From contig NC_045138.2 in NCBI RefSeq assembly GCF_008831285.2, positions 37,882,001 to 37,946,000 on the forward strand: a DNA stretch of 64,000 nucleotides. The letters are read 5' to 3'. The stretch comes from Nymphaea colorata. Lineage: Eukaryota. Below the pieces are notes generated by a model that worked only from the letters and a program-made list of their open reading frames with translations, did no database searches and was not told the DNA's origin. Shown here piece by piece: positions 1 through 12,916 of this stretch. The stretch's first letter is position 1. The number at the start of each line of letters is the position of its first letter. The position numbers were made by a program, and so were the translations under genes.

Positions 1-1970
1 CTTGTGGTTAGATCATTGTCACGTATATCGTGTACAGGTATGATACAATGAGCAATTTCTCGGGTATAATATGACAAAGTTGTATATCTCGGGAATATCT
101 CAGCAAAATCTCGGCAAATTTTTAAGAAATTGAAAACATTTAATAAATCCTGAAAATTATAAAAAATTAAAAATTAATAAAAAAATACAGAAAACTCGTA
201 TTTTTCACGTTTTTTATTTTATGGTGTTTTTTTAAAAAACACACGTCTAATTGCCGTTTTATATGGCTGACTGATTTCTCGTGTATTATACGCGTTTTTT
301 CGAATAACACGTGTTTAGATCTGTGAAAAACTGTGAGATGCCTGAACCTTGTCTTTCACTTGAAGTATTTATCAATAAGAGTCAAGCGAAAATTGTAGAC
401 CAAATTGCTAATACCCATCCCTCAGTGAATAGTGGTCCAGGTCAATATCAGGGAATGAGACTATAATTTGAATCTCCCAACACATAACTGGTTTTGGTCT
501 CTGAGACGAGGACCTTAATTGCTTTGTTTATCTTGTTATTAACAGAATGTTTGATAAGTTCAGGAGCCTGTAGTCTTTTGATGGTTTGTTGATATGGATA
601 AAATGTGGTGCTGTTTTTGCAAATCTGGGCTGTGAAGCTAATCCAGTTCAACACGAAATCGTAACTGCTTTCTCAATAGTCTTTGGAAGTTGGAACCATA
701 TCAAGGACATATCTATATTGGCTATTTTTTGACACATAACTTTATATCCAGTTGCTGCATGTAGTTTCTTGACTAAGCTGGCTTGACAGTGAAATAGAAA
801 ATGCGTAGCTCCATAGTAGGGGAAGGTATGCAATTTTTTCATTTTCAACAAAGGATTGGTTTCTCCCTTATCCTTTTATGGGTGGCCCAGCAGTCTTGCT
901 CCCTTCTGGTTTTATTCTTAATTCATGCTACTTTTAGAATGAGTTCCTTCTATGAAGCATAGAAGTAGCCCTATGTTTGTCCCCGTGTTTCTGTATAGGT
1001 CCTCCCAAGCCTAATGTTTCTTCATATATGGTATCTTTGGATGGTTCAAGTGGTGTGCAGGTCTACTTCTTGATGACATTAGAGAAGTATGCTTAATGCT
1101 TCATTAAAAAAATAAATCACACACTGGGGGATATAAGCTCTTTTATGTGCAAACAAGTTGATGATCTAAGCACCCAACACATGGAGAGGAACCTAAAGCA
1201 TTTCTTTAGTTATAATCTTTGTTGGGATGGGCTTATAATATCAGTAAACACTCAGGTGATTGTGACTGCGCAGTGGTAGACAGGCTTTTAATACTCCTAT
1301 ATTGCTGTAAATTGCATCTAATGGACCTTTCTCTTGGATAGGTGATTTTACTACATATTGGATGAGGAAGCATTTAATACTTATTGATTAACTGTTTACT
1401 GTTGGTTTCACCTTTATCTTGCAAAATCGGCTTTTCAAATTTTTTAGTTAAAGAAGGGATGAACAAGCAAATAGCTTTATAATGTGTCTTTTTTTGGTAG
1501 CAATTTGACCTGCTTCAGGGGACAAATATTGAAGAACGCTGTACCTTGATCTTAGCCTAGCTGTGCAACAGTGTTGAGGCTATAAAATTAAATGAAGGTT
1601 TTATATTTTCAATTTCAGTTTTAATGATTATCATGTGCTGCTATCTATTTTCACATTTTCCATTTTTATCTGAGATAATGGTGCAATAAGGAAATTCTCA
1701 GCTCCTTGGTCGTTGTATATACCATAACTTGTGCTATTCTCTGTCATTCTTTTCTTAATTAGAGTTTGAATTTTACTGTATTGATTAATGATTTATTTTC
1801 TTTCAAGAAGATTATTTGCTGACTGACTTGCTGCATTCTAATTTAAATTGATCAATTTTTGGAGCTTTTAGATATACTGTTGTTTTTAATGCTAGCAGCA
1901 ACATGAATTTGATCAGGAATTCAGGTATTCCAGTCAAGGCATTTCCAGGATTCAAGTTCAAGCAGAAAAT

Positions 1971-4900
1971 ATGGCTGTGGAAATATTGGCAGCTGAGTAC
2001 ACACAGGGGCAGTTAGAGGCAACTGACATGGAAGCCACAAAGGCTAATGAATTTGAAGATGGCAAAGTAGTTTCCTCTCCAGCATTTGAAGAACAAACAA
2101 AACTTGGTCCAGTTGATGGTCCAGTAGGAGCAAGTTCATCGGCAAATGGAGAAAAAGATGTTTCAGCTGACAAATTCCCAAAGGATGCTGCTGATGAGTG
2201 GCCTGCTCAAAAGGAAATCCATACATTTTACTTTGTCAAGTTTCGGTACTACGAAGATCCAAAGTTAAAAGGAAAGATGGAAGCCGCTGAAAAAGAACTT
2301 CAGAAGAGAATGCAAGCTCGATACCAGCTCACCGAGTTATTAAAAGCCAAAAAGGTAATGGATGTCTATGCTTTTAGCTTATTAAATGAAGAGATAGTCG
2401 ATGATGCAGCAGAACCAAATCTTCATTATATCTTTCTGTCAGTCACGCATCTTTCTTAATGTTCATCAGACAGAGAGGTTTCAGATAATTGATAAATTGA
2501 AACCCTTATCATCTCAAAGAAAAGAGTTTAGGAAGACTTTGGACGAGAAAAGAAAAGAAATGGAGCCTCTTCAGGCGGCTCTAGGGAAGTTACGCAATGC
2601 AAGCAGCATCAATAGAGAGAAAGGTGTTGGCTTATGTTCCTCGGAGGAAGAGCTAAATGAACGCGTAAGTTTGCATATTCGACAGAGTGATTTGGGCAAC
2701 TTTGTTATGGCTAGACTTCTAATGTTGCTGCTCTTGATCCTTGAATAATAGATACAAAGTTTGCAATACCGTATTCAACATGAAAGCAACACGTTGGCTG
2801 AAGAGAAGCAGTTGCTTAAAGAAATTAAGCAGCTGGAAGGGACACGGGAAAAAGTTATTGCTCATGTTGCCATGCAAGCAAAAATTCAGGACTCTTATGG
2901 TCAGAAGGAAGTCATCCAGGACCATGTCAAAGTATGATTGATTTTCTGGGTTTATTTCTGGTTTTTCTGGTACAACTTTGTTTTGCTGTTGAAATCACTT
3001 TCTCCAACAGCTTGGGAGTACAAACATTTATTCATGGTTGCTTATCTCGTAGCTCATAGGTGGTGACATGGATGAAGTAAGAAAAGAACAACAATCAGTT
3101 GATGCGAAAATCAAGCATCATGAGGAAGATTTGAAGGCCATAGACAAAGAGATCAGTTCATTGCAGGAGGAACTTAACACTGCAACTGAAAGAAAGGGCA
3201 AAGCATATGCATCTGTTCTTGAGCTCAGAAAACAACGTGATGAAGGGGTAAGAATATTTTGTTGCTGTGTGGCTAAGTATGTTTATTTGTGTGGAGTACA
3301 GCTTAGTTCATGTTTTGTCTGGCAGCATAGGGGGCTCGTTAATTAGTTCCTTCCTTGGTTGGCTTGGGCTATTGTAGATCTTATTTCTGCATGTTATTGC
3401 CATTCACCTGAATTTATGCTGATTTGCTTTGTGCAAGTGTTTGTGAAGCGACTTTTTTATTTTCATTCTATCACATGATCTTCTTTTCTTTAGTTATGAT
3501 TATTGTGTTAATGTGTGCAATGCTCAGAATGCATCCTACTTCCAATATCGATCACTTCAAACAAAGTTTAGAGAGCTGGCTGCAAAGAAAGATAAAGCAG
3601 CACTGGAGGAGATTTCACACACTGAGGTACCTGAAACGATGATTTACAATGAAGTTGCTAATATCCCTGTATTTTGTTGCTTTGTTGTTCTTAGTTCTTT
3701 CCTCATGCTGCAGACCGAGAAATTCATGGCACTGTGGAATAGCAGCAAAAAAGTGAGAGATGATTATGAAAAAAAGCTTTTGCCATCACTGGACAGCAGG
3801 CAGTTGAGTAGAGATGGTCGAATGAGAAACCCTGATGAGAAACCATTGGTATCAGAAGAACCAGCATTGGCTGAAACAGCCACTGCACCGGCAAAAGGCA
3901 GCACAAGACATTCTAAAGATGACACTCGTGCTCCCTCAGAACATGAAACTCCAAGTGCAAACAAGGTCCAAAGGCAGAAAGAAGAAAATAAAAAGTCAAA
4001 GGAACCAGAGGTGGCAGCAAAAGAGAGGACCTTGCAGGAACCAGAAATTGTCTCTGCAGTAGAAACACACAAGGTTTCCAGAGAAAATGAAGTGGACGCT
4101 GCAAAACTGAAGGAGCTGAAGAGACAGGAGGAGATTGCAAAAGCTAAGTTGGCACTTGAAAGGAAGAAGAAACTAGCCGAGAAGGCAGCAGCCAAGGCTG
4201 CAGCCAGAGCACAGAAGGACGCTGAGAAGAAGCAGAAGGAAAGTAGCATTTTTATTTTCTTTAACTTTTCTTGCTTTTTGTTTATCGAGGCCATTTTGTC
4301 TTGAGGGTCATAGCATAGCTAGTCAGGCTGGTCGGCTTGCAGACTGCAGGTCATCATTTCATTTCTCATAGGCACTATTCTCCTGGGCCTTATGGGAGGA
4401 ATCCTGGCATTGAACTGAAGATGGACTGCCCCCACGCCCAGGCCTCAATGCAGCCTTGGACCATGGAGAGAGGGTCAGACTGGCAGGCTTGCAGTCTGCA
4501 AGTCCTCATTTCAATTCTCATAGGCGCTATTATTCTGGGCCTTATGGAGGGAGTCGTGCCATTGAGCTGAAGATGCGCTGCCCTCACACCCAGGTCCCGA
4601 TGCAGCCTAGGACCATGGAGAAGAGGGTTGGCTCCTCAGGAATTTCTTATTGAGGCACCTTTTCGAACTTGATAGGCTATCTGAGAGCCTCAATTCTCAG
4701 ATAAATGATTGAAGGGGCATAAGGCACTTCTGATATAGTGCCAGCCGTATCCTAAGATCCGAGGCTGGCCTTCACTTTTCATATTTGCTGCCTGAAATCT
4801 TCATACCATGGGATTTCTTGGTTCTTAAAGAACGAATTTCAAATACGAGGATCTCTATAAGATTGAGTTCCATCAGCCTTCTTAGCATTAAAACATGAAA

Positions 4901-5319
4901 GTCCTGAATTCTGAGTTGGATTGGGTCATTTTGTACATTCCTGGGTAAAACTTGCTTTCATACGAGAGCTTGACGTGCTTTGGTTGGAACATTTCCAGGA
5001 ACGTGAGAAGAAGGCCAGGAAAAAGGCTGGTGCAGTGGTGAATGCGGAAAGTGACGACACCTCTGAGGAACCTGAGGCTACTACTGCAGAAGATGCCGAG
5101 GAGAAGGTGGAGGTTCCAGCTCCACCAAAGGACAACACACCAAAGGAAACTGTGAGGTTCCGGGGCCGCACTAAAGGCCCAAAACCTGTACCAAAGTCCA
5201 TCTTGAAGAAGAAGCAAGCAAGCTCATACTGGTTATGGGTTGTGCCCTCTGTTATCTTGGCCCTGGTGCTTCTGGCTCTGGTACTTTTTTATTTTCTTCA
5301 GAAAGAGCCCAAGAATTAG
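1971..5319 (+). CDS. PPI1: Proton pump-interactor 1-like protein (coiled-coil, C-terminal membrane anchor), about 632 aa, 7 coding exons
   Basis: Exons 1971-2354, 2470-2664, 2752-2931, 3053-3247, 3528-3626, 3714-4238 and 4999-5319 join in frame, all phase 0. Family motifs: WPAQKEIHTFYFVKFRYYEDP, LCSSEEELN, LQYRIQHES, SLDSRQLSRDGRMRNPDEKP, EEIAKAKLALERKKKLAEKAAAKAA, and the C-terminal ILKKKQASSYWLW plus hydrophobic helix. The last intron requires a GA donor (see findings). Confidence 0.92.
4322..4627. repeat. Diverged tandem duplication, two units of about 152 bp, in the last PPI1 intron
   Basis: gtcaggctggtcggcttgcagactgca...gcagccttggaccatggagagaggg starts at 4322. It recurs as gtcagactggcaggcttgcagtctgca...gcagcctaggaccatggagaagaggg from 4474. 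Confidence 0.9.
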
Positions 5320-6260
5320 GATGCGTTAGGTAGTCCGGACCAATTTTCCTGGCTGAAGAGTTCCCTTTTCTCCTTTTTACAGCATTTTTCATAGTTTTAT
5401 CCTGTACAACCTTGATATTCTTTCTTTTTGACATCCCTTTCAAGGATGGGCTGTTCCATAATGTTGCTTGTAGCGCTGAGGCCATATTTTGAGTTTCTGA
5501 TCGCACCCATCGTCCCCTCTGGCCCTAGGTTCTGTTCTGTTTCATTAGAATTTCTGTACAACCATCATGTCAAAGACAAATCACGTATAAAACGTTTTCA
5601 CGTAGATGTTTGGCATCTTCATATTTAAGAATGGATTTCAGCCAAAAGCTGCGCCTGAAGTAAAGTTCTCTTTTGCTTCGCTAGCGACTCCTAATAAATG
5701 TTTTTTTTTTGTGCCCAAGTGCTTTGTTATTTCGATATACCAAGGTCGGGGTCTGGCTTACAACAGTTCGGCCTTTTGTTTTATCTTTTGATGATGTAAT
5801 TGCATGTAGTCACTGTAAATGAAGAGGAGGTGGGAAGGGCTGGTGTTCCTTTTAAAAAGTGTTTGAATCGAAAGGGCGGAAGCCAATTTTAGAAGGAAGC
5901 GAGTTTCCTGGGAACTACTTTGTCCTGCAGTGTTGAAGAAAAAAGGGGTCAAGTGCTTGAACGGCGACTTGGTTTGGTTGCGGATCATTATACGACTTGC
6001 ACGTTGAACAAGCTTTGGTAAGAGGACCCTGTGATTGGAAGAGAAACCTGGGGCTGGGAGTTTCTCCTCTAGAAAGAGGGTTAGAAATGGTGCATAAACT
6101 GTGATCTTTAGAGGACGTAGCGTAGGATCATCTCATGTGTGGTTCGATTGTAACTCCCACACACCGATTCACTGCAGGTATCTATATGGGTAGGCCTGTA
6201 TTGCTCGTAAGGAACTGTGCGGCTTGTTTATCGGCAATGATCCGCCATGAAAGGCTCACC

Positions 6261-6337
6261 GGCTATCTATTTGTTAAGGAAATGAACAGAGTACAAAACT
6301 GGATATCTATTTGTTAAGAAAATGTACAGAGAACAAG
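6261..6337. repeat. Tandem duplication of about 40 bp
   Basis: ggctatctatttgttaaggaaatgaacagagtacaa followed by ggatatctatttgttaagaaaatgtacagagaacaa. Confidence 0.8.
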
Positions 6338-9300
6338 CTTGTTCATGGTTGTAACCAATAGTATAATTAACAAATCACTTGACACAGTTATTGGGGAGCG
6401 GACTAATTTCTGATCTATAAGTATGTATGTGCATTCTTTCTATAAACATGCATCTTTCTGTTACTTTATATTAGTTGATCTATAGCAGTATTATAAAAAT
6501 GAGCCCGAATGAGCGAATCGGAATCAAATCAGTAGCAAACTGATATGATTTGGTGGCTGATTCAATCGATTTAGACTGAGCAGGACCAATAACTATTGGT
6601 CAGTGTGAAATCTTGAATAACTTGAGTTCAACTTCTGGTTTCGACAACATAGGTTAAGATGCAATTAGCATCAGAAAAATACACATACCTGGTTGTCACT
6701 AGGCATTCATGCTTGCCTGGTTCGGATCCATCAGTTACAACATCTCCCTGAACTGAGCAAGTATAAGCTCCAGCATTTACATGCAAGTGAGCCAAAAAAT
6801 CTGTTGGAACTTGGATTCAGTTTTCGGATTCAATCACCAACAACACATTGAATTTGAGGTCCTGTTATCTTTAGCCGACTTGACGAAATGAATATGGATT
6901 CTGGTTGGTAATCGGATATGTTCGACCTATTGACATCAAATGCTAGGCATTTGCATCCGGTATTCACATCCCTTCGTTTCTTGGATTTCCAGCGATTACC
7001 ACGCCCCAAGTGTGTGGGCAGATGACCTTTTTCTCTTGCTTTCATATTTGCTTGGACCAGGTTTGGACAACCCGTTCGGGTCAATTTTTCATTGGACCCA
7101 GATATTATGATGGAAAATGTGGTTCAGATAAAAAGCTAAGCATTTCTGTCCTTCAATATCATGTCCGGTATGAGAATTGGGTAAAACTGTCAAGTACTCC
7201 AAGTTACAAGATTCAAACTCCATCTTAATTTCGAAGTCAAGATCCAGACCCCTTCTCCAATCGCTGAAAAATGCGACTGCCATAAGCTTTAAATGCACCA
7301 AATTCAGCAATGACATCAAAGTCTTGGCAATTTCGTTTGCATAGAATTACGTGCAGACTTTGTCCACTGAAAAGTGATGGAGACTTTCCCATCTTATTCG
7401 ACGTTGATACTGCCATTATATTTGTCCAATATGGCTATTGTAAAATTGTTTTAGTGGACAATAAGGCGGTTCAACTTCTTCAAGAACTCATGTTTGAAAT
7501 TTAAAGTGGTTACTTTGATGTCCTAGTGCGCTCTACCTCTTGACTATAAAAGATCTCGAAACACATGAGGTGGACACAAAAGGGAGGGGAGCAGTGTCCT
7601 CTCTTAAGGGCGGTGGAATGAACCATTCACCCTTCAAAAAAAATAAAAAAGGAAGATTTCCTTTTGGGGTTGAAGTCCGCACACCAGATTCGGTTTTCTC
7701 TGTAACGGCGAAAGTTATGGTTCAAATCTCAAGAATGTCAGTTTTCCTATAAGCGAACGGTGTAGGTGCGCAATTTGTGATCAAGAAAAATTTTATAAGC
7801 TTCTATGCAAACCTGTGTCACAACAAACCACTATTGTCAGTATTGCTTAAATCCGCTAATTTGGATGGAATCGAATTGGTGGCAAATTGATTTGATTTGG
7901 TCTCAAATTAAGGGTGTCTTTCTAAAATATTTGAAGTTTTTTATATTTTTAATCAATTTATTTAATTTATTTCATTTTTTTAACAATAAAAATTCACCAA
8001 ATCAGCAGCCCCGTTGATTCGTTTCAAGAATTAACTTCCATTGATGCAATCTACTGCCAATCCACTGCATTTTAGCGAAGAGTCGGGATGAATTTAATCT
8101 TTTGCCTATTCGTTATATTAAGCGATTATTAGAAACCTCCCCATATCCTCAGAAAAAGTTTAGCATTTAGAAGTAATATTATAAAAATTGACGGGACTTG
8201 GCCGATTCGAATTGAATCAATGACAACATGATAAATTATAATTGCCATAGATTTTATAATGCTTATTATAAGTGGTATTCTCGAATTAATTTTTGTATTT
8301 ATTTTTACAATAGCAGGGTCATAAAAATATTACCGAAAACCCTATTTGGTTATGATCATCGGTGTATATATAAGTGACACGCTTTTTTCTTTTTCTGTTT
8401 TTTGTCTAGAAATTAAATTCAAGTGAATTCCATGAACCGGGCAATCTTCAGGTGGTGTCTACGTATCAATACGTCACTAATGCTCAGCAAGGTTATCCGT
8501 CCTTTTCAGCCGTGCTAGAGGACAGAGGCAAGAAAGCGTCACTAATTTTGGCTCCATGTTTTTGGCATGAGCGAAGGCAAAATGCCTTTGGTCGGCTATG
8601 ACCGTAACGTGTCTAACTTTCTTTGGCCTGACCCACCTTTCTTTGTATTTTTCTCTTGTCTCAGAGCCCCCCTTCAGCTTCCGAGACCATACCAGAGCTG
8701 GTTGGCCTGAGTGTCGTGCTAACAATGCATTATAAGTTTGATTCCCGTGAGTGTTACTGGCCATGTGACGCTTGAGCTGATGGGTGTATCGTTCAATACT
8801 AGGTCCTCAAACAGCCTTAGCCTCCAACAAACCTCTTCTGACTCAAAAGCTTTACTTCATTTTAGTTGATTATATGACTCAGGAGTGTTTGCAAGCCTTG
8901 GTTCTAGTGGGATTTGGGACCATTTGTATCTATATGCATAGAGAGTCTGTATACATGGATCTCTTAGTTCGAGAAATAAGAGAATGGAACCATTTCTTCA
9001 AACTATCTTTCGCCTTAGATAAATTTAAATTTTTGAAAAAAAAAAATACTGTCCAACAGATGCTGAATTTTTTGTTTTTCCAAATAAGTTTGAAGTAAAC
9101 CACCATTCATTGCAGAAAATCTCTTAGGGAGTTCTTGATTCATCAGACATTCTTCACTTTCCATGAATAACATTCATGGTTGGCTTATTCGGGCAAGACG
9201 TGTTTGATTCATGAGACGTTCTTCACTTCTGGGGAAGGTTGTTCATGATTTGCTTCTTTGGCAGGCGACAAAATCTCTCATTCGGGGTGCAGTTTTCACG

Positions 9301-10084
9301 AAGCCCAAATTACAAAAAAAAAAAAAAAAAAACCTTTTGCTTGTTTCCAAATCATATTTTTTTAGAACTTGCATTTTAATCAGATTACAACAATAGCTAA
9401 TCAAGATTGCCTTGTCTTCACCATTTTCTCATTCCACGGAATTCTATTTTATTTTTATGATAAATGAGACAAGATCAGCAGACAACATATACGTGATACC
9501 ACATTAGTTTGTTAGCCATGTGATTGTTGCTTCTATCTGGATCTAATGGCTGCCCATGGGGCTATATAAAATTGGGGTAGATTTTGTTTGGCATCTGACT
9601 CATTTGGATCTTAGCTAATTGAATATGGACATGGGACTCATTTTGCGATGGAGATAATATGTACTTCTTAATCCAACAAGCTATCTTTTGTTTGTTCATA
9701 TCTCATAACTGTTTGGATAAGAAACTTTGATGGAAATAAAAAGTTTAATTTCCATGATATGCGTCTCATAGAAACTTTATAAAAAGTCATTAATTAAATT
9801 TTTGGATGTTGTTTGGCACCGATAACAAATTGTTACTATTTAGCGACACTATGACAAAAAAAAAAGGGCAGATTCATGATTGCAACATAGTGTTTTATGA
9901 ATCTACTTCAGATTTTAAGACAAAATAACTAAACAGTGTCAAACGGCCTCTTTACCCACTAATGAGATCCACAACTACTATTATTAGGTAAAAAATTTTC
10001 TTAAAATCAATACAGGTCCCATATCCGGATCCAGTAAAAACAGCCGTGCTTGAAGGGGAGGTGCTTGAAGGGGAAGTCGATTGC

Positions 10085-10271
10085 CAGGGGCGGAGGGAGG
10101 GAGGGGCCCGCCTAGGCCATGGCCCCACCCCAAGTAAATGAAAAAAAAAATTACAGTATAAAAATTGATTTTTTTTTGCCTCTATGTTCAGTTTGGCCCT
10201 ACCCAAATCCAATCTAATAAACCTAACTCCCATTTGGCTCGCCCCTAAAAAAAATCCTGGCTCCGCCCCTG
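10085..10271. mobile_element. hAT-type MITE with TIR CAGGGGCGGA and an 8-bp target-site duplication
   Basis: Ends are caggggcggag...ctccgcccctg, a perfect 11-bp inverted repeat. Flanks are tcgattgc (10077-10084) and tcgattga (10272-10279), matching at 7 of 8 positions. The interior is AT-rich and non-coding. Confidence 0.85.
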
Positions 10272-12534
10272 TCGATTGATTTACGTTGACGCCGGCCAAC
10301 TTCCACATGTGAACGGCCGTCTGTGGAGTTCTTAGAGGTCTCCGATTCTCAGATCTGTTCATTGGACCGGCTCCTGTGCTTGTACCTGCCCGATCGAGCT
10401 ACATCTCAGGGCAAACTTCCAAGGCTGTTTGGATCTTCATCATACTTAGCTGGATTTCAGATCTGAGTCTGATTCTTAGATACTGATACCAGGTCCATTA
10501 CCCCTAGGTCCAGAGAAAACAAGGCACGCTTGATCTACTATACAGGTAGTTTCTAGAATATATAAATATTATATGAACAGAATTTAAGGGTGGTCTAATT
10601 AATTTGGTCGAATTGACCTTCTTTAAAGTCATTTTCCGACCATTAAATAATGAAATTATTCGAATGCCCGACAAATAGTCTTGTCAAGCAACTTTAGGTT
10701 GACAAGAGAATAGAGACGATGAATTGAACATTCAGCAACTGTAGCTTCATTATGTGATGTGCTCCAACTTCTATTTTAATTAAAGAAGAAACGTCTGAAC
10801 CTGTAGAAGCAAACACCAAACAAATTGACGAAGAGTGATTGCTGGTGAAGTGCAGGTCGTCGCAAGCAAAATTTCTTTTTGGGACATTCTTGTTCTCCAA
10901 TAAATGCGAGACTAAATTTTTAGAATTTTAATATTAATATGTTAATAACAGGTACACTAAAAATTATATATATATATATATATATAGTACAAGTATCACA
11001 CAAGTTTTTATTTATTTTTTATTTTAATTCAATTTAAGTAAATTCAGAAAAGTAAGGATAAGCAAGTACATAACAATACTTATCGGCTGATACGGTGTAT
11101 GAATAAGCAAGCCGAGAAGTTACTTTTTCGTAGCAAATTTACCGGTAAAAAGATTTAGTTATAAACTGTTCACATCTTTACGCGTGCAAGGCCGGTGAGA
11201 TCGGCAGATGGTACGTTCGGGTCGGGTCCTCTGGCTCACCGACTCGAACCGGCACCGTACAAACGACCAAAATGCCGGAAAGCGAGAGGCGGATTTCTAC
11301 GCACGCTGCACGCACTCTTTGACATTTTCTCCTTGTGCTCCTGCGCCGGGGCCCGCCGGCGTCCATAATTGTCGACCTTTCGCTTCCCGACGAATCTTAT
11401 TTTCTCTCCCCACGCTTACACGTATGCGTATACGGGGAAATCCCTGCCTACGGGTGCCTGCATATACGAATCCGTATCCGGATCATCTGTCGAAACTTCC
11501 TGGTCCTCCTCCTGAATAATTGTTCTTCTCCTTCCCCCGGCCTAGGGAGAGAAAGAGGAGGAGGACTGGTGGGTAGATCGCACCTTGCTGGAGCAAAGAT
11601 ATGTTGGAGATGAGGTAACGTGTAACAAAATTTGTTTTTTTTTTTTGGTCTTCTGTTCTTTTTGGAAGATTTTTGATGAGTGGAAATGTGCTTTCAATCT
11701 GCAAATGTTCAATCTTCGTGGGTTCCTTCCTTTCGGGTTCCCTTGGTCAGTTTTTCTTCTGCTTTGGTGAATGGAGAGGTGTTTGGCGATTTGGTTATTG
11801 CTATGGTCTGGAGTTTTTGTTGGGGGCATGGTGTTCCCTGGTTTTTGACGTTTAGAACTCTTTTTCTCTTGTTCTTTGGCCTTCTGTTTTTGACCTCAAA
11901 GGCTGACTCTTTTTTGGTATATTTAAGGCAAAACTGAACCAGTTTCCTGTCTTTTGACTCAGAATTTCCAGTTGGGGTTTCTTTTGTTTTTGTTTTGAGG
12001 TACCCACTTCATGGGTTTTTTTCTTTTTCTTTTTTCTTTCTTATGTTGGTTTGCTATAGTTCAGGACGACAATGGTTCCTACCGCAAACGTAGAATTTTC
12101 GGTTTCTCCCTTTGTTCATGTGATCCGGGAACTCGGTTTGGTTCTCTTATTCTTGCTTTTTATTTTTCCTCATCCCCATGAGGATTGAGTGGTTTGGAAT
12201 GGTCCCTCATGGATATATGAGCAGGGTCATTTCTTAATGAAAGCAACAGCGGTTGCTCGTGGTTTTCATCTTTTGGGATTTCTTCCTACCGTTCGTAATC
12301 AATGATGCATATGTGTCATCTTCTTGTGCTCTTCTTTCCTTGAGAATCACTTCAATCCTAGAAGGGAAGTGGCGATTCTTGATGTTTATGTCGTGCTTTG
12401 CCACGTTCCTGTTTCTTTCCCTTTTTCCTTTAGTTCCCGTTCTTCTCAGGAAGAATAAGGTTGGGGCCTGATGTCATCGCTAGTGGAGATCGCACGTCTG
12501 AATCGATATACTTCATATGGAGATGGTTTTTATG

Positions 12535-12538
<4 letters not shown>

Positions 12539-12571
<33 letters not shown>
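12539..12571. repeat. (TG)n microsatellite in the probable 5'UTR intron of the kinase gene
   Basis: Directly visible TG run. Confidence 0.95.
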
Positions 12572-12572
<1 letters not shown>

Positions 12573-12916
12573 GGTTACATTGACTCTCAACGTGAGGTTT
12601 ATACCATGCAAGCGTAGACTCATGGAGATTTCACTTGATGTGCAGGACACTATGTGACTCTCTTTCTCATCAACAGATTGCAGTTGTTAAACTGAGGTAT
12701 TGATGGTTGGGGCTGAGGTTTGTACATTGCTGCATTAAGATATGACTTGATGGTTCTGGTTGGATCTTTGTGCTTGTATAATGGGTTTAAGGTTGTTAGA
12801 TAACTGGTATTGAGAGACTGCATTTCTGAAAACGACATGGTTGCTTTAAGAATTTTTGATGTGAAATTCTTTGCTGATTAGTGGTCGTCGCTGCTAATCT
12901 GGATTTATCACAAACA

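Noticed and set aside
3764..4294. Long antisense ORFs over PPI1 (also over the kinase, DUF506 and SPA exons)
   Set aside because: Shadow ORFs caused by the codon bias of the real sense-strand exons.
4337..4653. ORFs 4337-4570 and 4456-4653 with similar peptides (HRHYSPGPYGRNPGIELKM / HRRYYSGPYGGSRAIELKM)
   Set aside because: The similarity is explained by the DNA tandem duplication. Many differences change amino acids, the copies are out of frame with each other, and they lie in an intron.
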